Shown: in pieces, positions 1-10,912 of the stretch
Layout: every line of letters starts with the position of its first letter
How positions within the stretch are numbered: the first letter of the stretch is position 1
Source: Podarcis cretensis
Taxonomy: Eukaryota
Assembly (NCBI GenBank): GCA_951804945.1
Contig: OX638149.1
Span: 70,308,001-70,372,000 of the forward strand
Direction: 5' to 3'
Length of the DNA: 64,000 nt
The notes under the pieces: generated by a model
Databases searched by the model: none
Told to the model about the DNA's origin: nothing
What the model saw: only the letters and a program-made list of their open reading frames with translations
Program-made: the position numbers and the translations under genes

Positions 1-156
1 ATCAAACAAAACTCACTATTGAAGAACTGGAAACTGAAATATCAAAGCCGCTTTCTTTTCTCAAGGGCAAAGCCATGGTAAATCTTAAGAGAACGTTCCA
101 CTGATTTCACCCATTTGTCCATTTTTATTTTTATTTTTGTTCATATGCTCTTAAAG

Positions 157-595
157 CAGGGGTCGGCAACCTTTCTGGGCCAGTGGGCACATTTAGAATT
201 TTGAGAAAGGGTTGTAGGTGACAGGCACAAAATGGCACCTGTGAGAGTGTGGCATAACACAAAATGGCTGCCATACCTGAAGGAGAACAAATAGAGGCCC
301 ACAAAATAGTGTGAGGAAGCCTCCATCAATAGAAAAACAGCACCACACACTTCTTTTTTTACAAAAAAAATGAGCAGCACCACTTGCTCACAGAGAAGCT
401 CTTTGTGTTTCTCCTCTGCTCAGAAATGAAGGGATGGTGGCTGTCCATTCCTGGCCACCAATGTCATGTGGACAAGTTCACAAATGCATACATGAACTGA
501 GCAGGAAGAACAAACAGTCTCTCATGCATTGTGGATTTTTGAGGGGATCTTAACTGAGACCTTATGTGGGTGCCATGGGAGGTGCTGGCACGTCC
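157..595. mobile_element. Degenerate hAT-type non-autonomous element
   Basis: Starts with CAGGGGTCGGCAACCT, a hAT/Charlie-like terminus. The right end is uncertain. Confidence 0.4.
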
Positions 596-1324
596 CCAGG
601 AGGCTTCTTTAGCCTCTTCCTTTCCATCCATTACTATCAATAAAGCTGTTTTGTTCAGATGTGTTCTATATGTTCCCTGAACCCCAAAATTTATGCTGCT
701 TGTTTTCTTGTTGTTTTTAAACTGATTTTATTATTTTTTTATTATGTCTGTGAGCCACCTAGAAGGGATGTCCCAAATAGGGCCAGATTACAGCAAACTA
801 ATATTTATATAAATAAATATCTATTTCAACCCTCCCAGATCAGATTATTTCTCTCCCTTTTGTACGGAAGGACAGCAGTATGGTTCATTTTCAAGACTGG
901 TCCGTCCAAAAAGATGCAACGTCCAGCTTGTATTTCACATGAGAAAATTTGATAACATTCACAGTCAAAACCTTTATGGATTTACAGTTTCATGTAGTTA
1001 TGGATCATATCATCACAACTTCTAATCATTGTTCTACTGTATCAGCACATGCTGGATACTCCAAACTTGAAACACTTTGCTGGTGTAGCTTCAAATCCAC
1101 AGCGATCCCACCTCCAGCTTGGAGCTGGAGACACAAGAAGAATTCTAATTACTCTGCACTTACACTTGCCAATGGTAGAGCCGAAACAAATCCCAGGTTT
1201 CAGATGAACTCAGGGGAGTGTTGGGGTTTGTTTCCTCTCTGCTGGGTTCAGAGGGACCCTCACTCTTCAGAGAGTAAGATTATCAAACCCTCAGTATAGG
1301 GATTATACTGGAGAGAGTTTAAAA

Positions 1325-1561
1325 GTGGCATACCGGCATGTGCAAATGACCGCTCCCCGCCTAAAACGGGGGGTGCCCTTTGCGTGGACGCGCGCAGCCC
1401 CTAGATCTGGAGCGGCTCCAACAGCAAAATGTTTTCAGGGGGAGAAGTTTTTTCGAGGCTCCCGCGGATCAGGCGCAGGCACATCTCAAGACAAAAGAGA
1501 GGCCGGAGCCTCTACAGGATACTCTGGCACACAGCAAAGCAAAAACAATGCCCGCAAATAG
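1325..1561 (+). pseudogene. Probable C-terminal remnant of Ngaro gag
   Basis: The ORF overlaps the pol start as gag does in YR elements. AYRHV and PTAKCF resemble pieces of the gag Cys/His finger, but their spacing is abnormal. Confidence 0.4.
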
Positions 1562-3176
1562 TGTTCTCCTTTCCTTAGCCCCCTCACCCATATCTCTATC
1601 AGCAATGCTGCCTTTTTTTACACCAGTACCCCAATAATTAGGTAGCAAAATACATTGAGGAGGGCTTTAGGGAAGGTTTCCGCATCCCAGTGGTAGGCAC
1701 CCCTTCATGCACCAATCCACCCAACCAAAAGTCTGTCCGAGATATGCCACACATGGCCGAGAAGATCACCAAAGAACACTTGCTGGGGCGAGTGGCAGGT
1801 CCCTTCACAGAAGCCCCATTTCCCACCCTCATAGTGTCTCCACTAGGTATCGTACCTAAGAAGGCCCCAGGCGAGTTTCGATTAATACATAACCTTTCTT
1901 ACCCAAAGGGTGGGTCAGTAAATGATGCCATTCCCCAAGAACAATGCTCAGTCAAATATGCATCTCTTGATCAGGCAATCAGGCTGGTTAGGGAGTGCGG
2001 CCCGGGCGCACTCATGGCAAAATGTGACATCGAATTGGCCTTCCGTTTGTTACCAGTCCACCCCAGGGACTTCTGGTTGCTAGGTTTCAAATTCCAGGAC
2101 CAATGGTACTTTGACAAAGCTATGCCCATGGGCTGTTCCATCGCATACGCTGCATTTGAAACCTTCAGCACATTCGTGGAATGGGCCATGAAACGCAGGT
2201 CGGGGTCCCACCGCATTTCCCATTACCTAGATGATTACTTTTTGGTCCAGCCAGCGGGCTCAGACGCGTGCGCTAGGGCGCTGGCATGCTTCATTCAGCT
2301 GGCGGCTGAACTGGGCATCCCGCTGGCAGCGGACAAGACCAAAGGTCCAACCACTGTCATCTCATATCTGGGTATTGAACTGGATTCTGTCAGCCAAACC
2401 TCTCGCCTGCCCCTGGCCAAACTCGCCACATTGAGGGAATTGATAACTACCATGATGGCCCAGAAAAAGACCACGTTGCGTCAGGTTCAGACACTCTTAG
2501 GACACCTCAATTTTGCATGCAGAGTTATCTCGCCCGGTCGCGCCTTTTGCGCACGCCTAGCCCGTCTCACAGCTGGCGGTGTTGCCCCCCATCACCACAT
2601 CAGGGTCACCCACACCATAAGAGAGGACCTCAAAATATGGCTGACCTTCCTGGAAAGTTACAATGGGGTGTCCTTTTGGCAAGATTGGCTGCTGCCTAAG
2701 GAACAGCTACAGGTGCACTCTGATGCCTCTAGTCGCTTTGGCTTCGGTGTCTACTTCAGGGGTCACTGGTGCGTGCAGCCTTGGCCGACATCTTGGCACG
2801 CGGAGGGCAGGAGGGCATTACACACGATTTAACTTTTCTTGAGTTCTTCCCAATCCTAGTGGCTCTCCGGGTTTGGGGGCACCTCCTCAAGGACACCAGG
2901 GTGTGCTTCTGGTTGGACAACCAGGCGGTGGTAAGAATCATTGCGAAGCAATCTGCAAAATCCAACAGGGTAATTCGCGTGCTCCGTCTCTTCGTGCTGG
3001 AATGTCTGAAAGGTAACATCTCCTTTTCCGCATGGTTCATCCCGGACCTCAATAACGACATTGCAGATGCCCTGTCTCACTTTCAGATGGAGCATTTTCG
3101 CAACCTAGCACCCGAGGCCGATCAACTCCCAGAAGCCTTTCTGGAGGACCTCTGGGAACTTGGACAAGAGGGGTGA
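1548..3176 (+). pseudogene. Ngaro reverse transcriptase-RNase H, disrupted
   Basis: ATG at 1548 (MPANSVLLSLAPSP), a frameshift in the T-run near 1613-1619 and TAG at 1639-1641. Then EGFREGFRIP, SPLGIVPKKAPGEFRLIHNLS, AKCDIELAFRLLP, MPMG, HYLDD and RNase H HSDAS. After an 8-bp duplication frameshift (2802-2817) it continues LTFLEFFPI, WLDNQAVV, NDIADALS. Confidence 0.92.
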
Positions 3177-4080
3177 CAGCAGGAGTACTGAGCGCCCTTG
3201 CACCATCAACATTGCAATCCTACACCAGAGCATGGTCCCAATTCGAGGGGTTCAGAGATAAGTTTGGTTTACGACGCAGACGTGTAGCTAAGGAGTATGA
3301 TGTTCTAAAATATTTGGTTCACCTAAAGCAGAGGCATGGCCCTTAAGACCATCAGCCTGCACAAGGCCGCTATCTCATACTTCAGCAACTGTTTTTGGCT
3401 CCCAGACCCCTGTAACACTTTCCACATAAGGAAGCTTATTGCAGGGTGGCGTCGCTCCCACCTGCCCATTCCAGATAAGAGGAGGCCAGTAACCATTGAG
3501 ATCCTCCGGCTGATATGGGATGCGCTCCCCAGTATTTGCTGGTCCAACTATGAGGTTAGGCTCTTCAGGGTGGCCTTCTCCCTGGCCTTCTTTGGTGCGC
3601 TCCGTATTGGAGAGTGCGTTGGGGGCACACTGTCACCTCATCGCAGGGGCTTGTCTGTGGCTGATATCAACCTTGACAGGCGCATGCTACAAGTCAAAAT
3701 CCAAGCCTCCAAAACCGATCAACTAGGTAGGGGTTCCAAGCTAAGTCTAGCCTCCTCCCCACACACTGGACCATGCCCTGTCACGGACACACGCAAATTC
3801 CTGAAGGTATGTCCTCCGGGGCCGGGCCCTCTCCTCATTCATGCATCAGGCCACCCCATGACCCGTTGCCAATTTTTCTCAATATTGCGTAAGGCCATCC
3901 ATGCTTGTGGAGGCGACCCGGCACAATTTTTCCGGGCATTCCTTTCATATCGGTGCAGCAACCATGGCAGCTGCAAGCGGCCTCCCGGCAGAACACATAA
4001 AAACAATGGGGCGGTGGCGTTCAGCTGCCTTCAAAGGCTACATTAGATACAACCAGCAGACACTGACAGATACCATATAA
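3161..4080 (+). pseudogene. Tyrosine recombinase (YR), two frameshifts
   Basis: N-terminus ALAPSTLQSYTRAW, then a frameshift near 3331-3335. Motifs AFFGALRIGE (Arg), SKTDQ (Lys) and CPV follow. After an extra T at 3927-3931 the frame reads SGHSFHIGAAT...MGRWRSAAFKGYIR, ending at TAA 4078-4080. The HxxR arginine is altered to His. Confidence 0.92.
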
Positions 4081-4093
4081 TCATTTCTTTCAG

Positions 4094-4404
4094 GCTCAAC
4101 CCCCAAACATGTGTGGATCTTCGGCCGCAGCATAGTGCATTGGGCGGCCATCCATGCCACCACTGGTCCAGGTGGAGAACATCTGGGTCTGCAGCCAAAG
4201 ATCTCCATTTCCTGGTTCGGACAACATGGAATGCGGTGGGATGCCCTGTTCCCTCGGTTGCGTCACGAACTTGCGTTCCACTACCCGCCAAATGCGGTTG
4301 TGCTCCACCTCGGTGAAAATGACTTGGTCGTGCGTAAAAGCATAATTCTGATCAAAACAGCGATCGCAGACCTGGAAAGCGTACACGCCACTCACCCCAG
4401 TATC
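4094..4404 (+). pseudogene. SGNH/GDSL hydrolase, N-terminal part (split by Copia)
   Basis: VWIFGRSIVHW (block I Ser; typically GHS in these elements), GMRW, LHLGENDL (block III GxND). The frame ends exactly at the TSD. Confidence 0.85.
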
Positions 4405-4729
4405 TGTTGGTTTCTGCTCTCTTCACTGTGCAGCGAAAGGCTTGTCACAAGACAATGTTTACATTCCACAGACAGCATTACTGTTGTGTTTCCCACGGGA
4501 AAAGGAGACTGGATGTGACGTACACTGGTTTCCTGTTTTTCACTGTTCTTTGCAGTTCAGTGTGATTCTCTCTGTGCTTCAGAGGAGAGAGGATGCAGTT
4601 CTCTGCTCCGGCAGAGACAAGATGGTTTTCTGTAATCTACCAGCTTTGAAATGTAAATAAAGCAATTTAGAGTATGTACACATATTCCTCATCATTCCGC
4701 TGTGCACGGGACACTGCTATAAATCAACA
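4405..4729 (+). repeat. Copia 5' LTR (325 bp)
   Basis: TGTTG...CAACA termini and AATAAA at 4656-4661. Matches the 3' LTR except 4440 G vs 9154 A. Confidence 0.97.
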
Positions 4730-4733
4730 TTTT

Positions 4734-4747
4734 GGTTATGGGCCCAG
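4734..4747 (+). promoter_or_regulatory. Primer-binding site for a tRNAiMet half-molecule
   Basis: GGTTATGGGCCCAG is the reverse complement of CTGGGCCCATAACC in the anticodon arm of initiator tRNA-Met. It lies 4 nt after the LTR. Confidence 0.9.
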
Positions 4748-5153
4748 AAGTCGAATCGGGCTCCTGGCAAAGGAGCAAAGACGCAGTCATCTGATGCCGG
4801 CAAAAGGATCGGAATGCAGAAGGACGGATCGGACGGTATCTGCGCGTCAAGATGATTGATGAGGTATGTGCTACTGCTCCGGGCAGCCTGCCAGCAACTA
4901 ATTAATGGCTTTATGGCTGGACTTTGAACTTTTATGTCCGTTTGCCGGGAACAGGCAGCGGCTATGCCTATGCTGGGGAAATCGAAAGTAACTTTTAGAA
5001 TGTGGGCTTTTGGGCTAAAGCAGCTGCAGAGAATAGTGACGCAGCACTATTAAAGGGCAGCAGAGAGAAAGCACTTTTGAACTTGCCTTTGGAATGAGGC
5101 TTGAAGCAGCAGAGACGCAGCTTGTATAAAGCAGCTTGTTTAAAGCAGCAGAG

Positions 5154-8100
5154 ATGACCCAGAAGGCTAATGCCAGAGTCATGATGGCCCTTCAGGATGC
5201 TTGTGGGATTCCCAAGCTCAATAAGAAAAATTATACGGACTGGGTTATCTATGCAGAGGCTATTCTGCGGAAAGAGGGTCTGTTTGAAGTTATTACAGAC
5301 ACCCCCCCAGCTCCAGTTACAGATGCATGGAAGGCTAAAGATTCCAAAGCAAGGGGAACTCTTACATAGATAGTATCCCCAGAAGAGCTCTGTCTATTGC
5401 GTGATAAGACCTCAGCCAGAGAAATTTGGGACGCTTTGAGAGAGGCACACATGAGGACAGAAGCTGAATCTTCTATGTTTTATTTTAACAAGCTGCATAA
5501 GATGGCTAGCTGCAGAAGGCTGGCTGATGCAAGTGGGGAATCTGAAGCCAATCAGCCACATGCTCAGCTCAGAGTAGCCTGTGATACTGCCATGATTCAA
5601 AATGAAGCAGATTGCCAGGGTGATAGCTGCATGGGAAAGGGGGAGTCTTCACAGACGTCATCCCAGAGTGCAGTGGAACCACCAGATGGCGCCAAAGCTT
5701 TGAAGGCAGTGAAATGCTACTCGTGTGGACGTCTAGGCCATATGAAGAGGGAATGCAAATATCCCAGGGCCAAGACAGAGCAGCGCAGCGAAAGCTCATC
5801 GCGTGGAAAAGGCCAGAGCAAAGGCAAAGGTCCGGTGTCCAGGACAACGCAGCACAAGGCAATGGTCTCACGCTTCACTCCAAAAGTTGCAGAGGTCCAG
5901 AAGACGTCTAGATCTTTCTTCGTTGTTGATTCAGCGGCAACCCATCACATGTGCAACGATAAGCGACTGTTCGTGTCTTTTACATCGCAGGAAGGTGCGA
6001 TTCACCAGGCGGATGACCACACAATTCCCAGTAAAGGCTACGGAACTGTTGTTCTTCACAGTTTGGACTTATCGATACAGAATGTACTTTATGTTCCAGA
6101 TGCCAAACATAATTTGCTCAGCGTTGGACAGCTGAATGAGCGGAATATTGACGTTTCCTTTAAGAACAAAAGGTGCATCATCACAAAGAAAAATGATTAT
6201 GTATTGTATGCTGAATATGCTGATCGTTTATATGTTTTGTATTATGATGATGTTGTGCAGGATGACACTTGTTGCATTGCAGGTTCTAACAAAAGTTTGC
6301 ATGCAGAATGTATTCATGATTTTCATCGAAAATTTGGTCATTTGAATTTTGAGACAGTATCTAAAATGCCTGCCTTGGTTGAAGGTATGACTATTAAACC
6401 CTGCAGGTACCACATGAAGTGCAAGGCATGCGCAGCAAACAAGGTGAAAATGGCTGCGAAAGGTAAGGTGTCTAGTAGGCAAGCTACAGAACCATACCAA
6501 ATTATTCATGCTGATTTGGTTGGACCACTAGCGCCCTCTTTGGGAGGAAATAGGTACTTCATGGTTCTCATTGATGCATTTTCCAGGTATATTCATGTGT
6601 ACAATCTCAAGCAGAAATCAGAGGCTTTTCCTAGGTTCAAGGAATTCTGTGCTTGGTTGGAAAATGTGCATGGTAAGAAGGTAAAGACTCTTTTCAGTGA
6701 TCGCGGAGGAGAATTCACTTCTCAGCAGTTTGAAGCTTTTCTGACTGAGAAAGGAATTCAACACGATTTGTCTAGTCCTCGCTCGCCATGGCAGAATGGA
6801 CTTGCAGAACGAGCAAATCAAACATTGCTTCAAGGGTTAAAAACCTTGCTGCATGATGCAAATCTTCCAGAGAGTTATTGGGCCGAAGCTCTCTCATGTT
6901 TCACTTACAGTTATAATCGCAGGTTATCTTCAGCGATTGGTTGTACCCCCTATGAGAAGATGTTTGGCAAGAAGCCATACATCAAACACATGAGAATTTT
7001 TGGTTCTGACATGTGGGTTCACTCACCACAAAACTCCAAGTTAGACAAGCGTGGTTTGCATGGTATCTTTCTAGGTTATGAGAAAGGTTCTTACAGAATA
7101 AGGATGACTGACTCTAAGACAATTAAGCTCACAAGAAGTGTTGAGTACAATGCCAAGTGGGGGGAGAATGTGGGAATTTTCCAATGTTATCCTGATGACA
7201 GTGATGAGACTGAGGATAGTCAAAAGCAACCGCAGCAACCCACACCCACTGATGAAAGTTCTGATTCTGATTCTGAGTCTGAAACTGAATCGGGTGATTC
7301 AGAGGATTTCAAGAGTGCGAAAGCCTCTATGCGACCCTCTGAAAGCTCTGATCAGGAATTGGAGGAACCATTGTTCACAATAGGTCGCTTTTCTCCCAAG
7401 AAGGAAGAGGAGAGTGTTGAAGACTTAAGGCTAATTCGCAGGTCACAGAGAGCAACAAAAGGCAGACCTCCAAAGAGATTTGCTGATGAATTTGCTAAGA
7501 TAGCAGTAACAGCTGTTAAAAGCTCCAAGAAGGTATTTGAACCTTCAAGTTTCCAAGAAATCCAGGATTTGGATTCAAAGGAAGCTGAGCCATGGTTAAA
7601 TGCCATGAAGGCTGAGCTTGATTCCTTGGAAAGGAACAAAACATGGGAACTTGTTCCAGTAGTTCCAGGAATGAAACTGTTTGGAAGCAAATGGGTCTTC
7701 AAAGCGAAGACTGATCAAAATCGCAAGATAGTCAGACACAAAGCCAGATTGGTAGCCAGAGGTTTTGCACAGGTACCAGGTGAAGACTATCACGAGACCT
7801 ACTCACCCACAGTGAGGTATGAGAGCATCAGGCTTATGCTCAAGCTAGCTGCAGAGGAGAATCTACATATTAGTCACCATGATGTGAATACAGCTTTTCT
7901 GTACGGATCTCTAAATGAATCACTTTATATGCTTCCACCTGATGGCGTACAGGTAAAACAGGGATTTGTTTGTGCTCTGAAGAAGTCCCTTTATGGTCTC
8001 AAACAAAGTGCACGGTGTTGGCACACAAAACTCACTGAAGTATTGTTTTCTCTAGGTTTTAAGCAAGGGAAAGCTGATCCTTGTGTATTTGTCAAAGAGG

Positions 8101-9071
8101 AGGGGCAAAAGAAACTGTATTGTTTGTTTTATGTTGATGATTTATTATTCTTTTGGGATGATGTCACAATGTACAATAACGCCCTAGCTCAACTGAAAGA
8201 ACACTTTGACATGAAAGATCTTGGTGAGGTAAACAACTACCTATCTCTGGAAATAGAGAGAGATCAAGATGGTAACATTCTAGTACACCAGTCACGGAAA
8301 ATTGCTGATGTGTTGAGCAAACTAAACCTGATGGATGCTAACCCTGTAGACACACCGATGATAACAGGTTATCAGGTAGATGACACTGAAGAAGCATTTT
8401 CTGACACTACACTGTACAGAAGTGTGCTAGGCAAGCTAAACTTCATTGCCAGATGTTCAAGACCAGACATTGCTGTTAGCTGTAATTTGCTAAGCAGACA
8501 AGTCAACAATCCTACTGTTAAGGATTGGAAAGCTCTGAAACGCATAGCGCGGTATTTGAAAGGCACTATGCATTACAGACTGAGATTTAACAATCAGAAG
8601 TCTGGTGGTCTTGAGATATTTGCAGATGCAAGTTTTGGAAGTGACACTACAGACAGGAAAAGCACGTCTGGAGTTTGCTACATGTACAATCAGGGTCTAT
8701 TTGATTGGTCATGCAAGAAGCAAACAACAGTTAGCTTAAGTACTTGTGAAGCTGAACTGAATGCACTGTCTTATTCACTTAAGGATTGTGAATGGTTGTT
8801 ACAATTGTGCAAAGACATGAAAATTCCTGTCAAATGTCCAATCCAGGTTTACCAGGACAACAAAGCATGTTTGGCTTTGCTGAATTATGAAGGTTGTAAG
8901 CAAAGCACGAAGCACTTGCAATTGAAGTTGCAACATGCTAGGGAACGTATTCAAAAGGGACTTGTAACGGTGTCCTATATGCCAGGTAATGAAATTCCTG
9001 CTGATGTATTGTCCAAGATTGTATCAAGGGATCAACACTGTACCTATGTGCAGAAGTTGGGTTTGTACTGA
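5154..9071 (+). pseudogene. Copia gag-pol polyprotein, single frame with one premature TAG (5367-5369)
   Basis: gag (KLNKKNYTDW, AREIWDAL), CCHC knuckle CYSCGRLGHMKREC, protease VVDSAATHHM, HHCC (HRKFGH...CKAC). Integrase HADLVGP/SDRGGEF/QNGLAER, RT KARLVARG/SLYGLKQ/FYVDD, RNase H ADAS/TCEAE/QDN/ADVLSK. ORFs 5136-5369 and 5397-9071 share one frame. Confidence 0.95.
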
Positions 9072-9104
9072 TATTGTACGAACACGCTGCCCAGTGGTGT
9101 TCAC

Positions 9105-9118
9105 AGAAAGGGGGAGGA
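9105..9118 (+). promoter_or_regulatory. Polypurine tract
   Basis: AGAAAGGGGGAGGA immediately before the 3' LTR. Confidence 0.9.
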
Positions 9119-9443
9119 TGTTGGTTTCTGCTCTCTTCACTGTGCAGCGAAAGACTTGTCACAAGACAATGTTTACATTCCACAGACAGCATTACTGTTG
9201 TGTTTCCCACGGGAAAAGGAGACTGGATGTGACGTACACTGGTTTCCTGTTTTTCACTGTTCTTTGCAGTTCAGTGTGATTCTCTCTGTGCTTCAGAGGA
9301 GAGAGGATGCAGTTCTCTGCTCCGGCAGAGACAAGATGGTTTTCTGTAATCTACCAGCTTTGAAATGTAAATAAAGCAATTTAGAGTATGTACACATATT
9401 CCTCATCATTCCGCTGTGCACGGGACACTGCTATAAATCAACA
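9119..9443 (+). repeat. Copia 3' LTR (325 bp)
   Basis: Near-identical to 4405-4729 and followed by the TSD GTATC. Confidence 0.97.
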
Positions 9444-9448
9444 GTATC

Positions 9449-9733
9449 ATGATTTTCTGGTCCGAACTTTTGCCACGCTTGCACTGGTGTGGCAACATCA
9501 AACCCACTAGACTTAATTACACTGTGGAAAAAATCAATAGGGCAGTGCGCTCTGCAACCACTCGCATGGGAGGTCGGGTCGTGAAATACCCCAACATTAA
9601 AGTTTACATGCAGGAGCTATTTCGGCCCGATGGCGTGCACCTATCGGACCTTGGTAACGAGCGTTGGCTGAGCGACATCAGGCATGGCCTGATTGACTGG
9701 TTGGAGGATGGCAAAGGGGCTTTTCAGATGTAG
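9449..9733 (+). pseudogene. SGNH/GDSL hydrolase, C-terminal part
   Basis: IFWSELLPR...FRPDGVHLSDLGN (block V DxxH). It rejoins 4404 in frame once the Copia and one GTATC are removed. Confidence 0.88.
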
Positions 9734-10469
9734 GTAGTCTTGGCGGCGAGACCACAATCTTTGCGGTCTCGGGTGGCGGTATCAGGCCTTGGGCGGAATC
9801 CTTTAGTCCATCTTCCTCTTTGCGGTGGCGATACCAGGGTTCCCCGTTAATGGGGTTTCTGAAGGGAGGCTCTGACCATACGCCAAAAGGTCGTCATTGC
9901 TCTCCCCTGCGGCGGCGGCGTAACAAGGGCGGCTATCTCTGCTTGAACATATGTTCTCCAGAGCTGGCCCATCCCCCCCACACACACTGGATAACCCTGA
10001 TGCTTCCTAGGTCCCCGACTGGGGAGGGAGAACACCCAATGCCTGAGCCAAGGTCTACCCACATTTGAAATTTAATAAAGTTGTGGCCAATTTAATCCCA
10101 TAGCACGTTGTCTTGAGTTGTTATTCCACATGACGGGGGGGGGACCGCGCGGGATCTGGGGACTCCGCCTGTCCACGCAATAAGAGATACAAAAGAACCA
10201 GGGCTGTGAATCTGGTCAGATACCCAGATCAAAGAAATTTCTATGCTGCAAACTTGGTTCTTCAGCTTGAGAAAAGAAGTATAAAAACAAAAAAGATTAC
10301 CATTTCATGTTTTGCATAACATTATTCTACAAGGGCTACAATTCCCCTTTTCCCTGTTTACCATGTGGCTTGGGAGGGATTTGCATGAACATTGATGCTA
10401 GGTGATTGCACCTAGAGGGGAGAAGATGCCCCACAGCAGCACACCCAAACCAGCAGAGGCTTTAGAGTA

Positions 10470-10549
10470 GGAATAGATGGACCTGTCAGTTCTGGGTCTC
10501 TCATTTTCCAATCCTGAATTTGGTTTTCCACATTACCTCAGCAATCTGC

Positions 10550-10583
<34 letters not shown>

Positions 10584-10912
10584 TAAAAACACACTACATG
10601 AAAAATTCACTGTATTTCACTGTGAATTGTTCCTAGAATAATTGCCCAATTTTGACTAATGTACATGCTTTTGCAAGCAATTTCTCATTTTATGTTTGTA
10701 TGTTATTTTATGCTCTCTTCCCCCTAATATATGCATATTATATATATTTATAATTCTACAGTGTTTGGTTGCAGAAATGTGTTACAAAATTCAGACACCT
10801 GCGAATTTCAAAGGCTAGCTTGTGTGCTTCACTTCTCGTATTGTTACAGAGAAAGTGCGGCTAAGGCAGGCTCACCTGTAAATGTGAACTGAATCTAATT
10901 TCTACCCCAACC
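10470..10912 (+). repeat. Old AT-rich interspersed repeat (family also at ~34185-34715 and, inverted, ~17690-18710)
   Basis: Shared motifs such as AAATGTGAACTGAA, GAAATTCAC and GAATTTCAAAGG across the three loci. Contains (TTA)n at 10550-10583. Confidence 0.45.

Larger units (their letters stand above)
4405..9443 (+). mobile_element. Full-length Ty1/Copia LTR retrotransposon
   Basis: TG...CA LTRs, 5-bp TSD GTATC (4400-4404 and 9444-9448), PBS, PPT, and gag-PR-IN-RT-RH domain order. Confidence 0.97.
1325..10180 (+). mobile_element. Ngaro-like (DIRS order) tyrosine-recombinase retrotransposon, 5'-truncated and decayed, interrupted by a Copia element
   Basis: Domain order is gag tail - RT (YLDD) - RNase H - YR - SGNH hydrolase. 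RNase H ends right after NDIADALS with no methyltransferase domain, unlike DIRS1. The 3' non-coding region has AATAAA (10074-10079) and ends ...GTCCACGCAA. No TSD. The 5' boundary is approximate. Confidence 0.88.

Noticed and set aside
4442-4660. Identical 72-aa ORFs at 4442 and 9156
   Set aside because: They are incidental frames in the two near-identical LTRs, with a non-ATG start and no protein motif.
1325-10180. Prokaryotic-style RT plus integrase plus hydrolase system (retron, DGR or phage defence)
   Set aside because: The RT is of the DIRS/Ngaro type with RNase H and the context is vertebrate. No retron, DGR or CRISPR signatures were seen.
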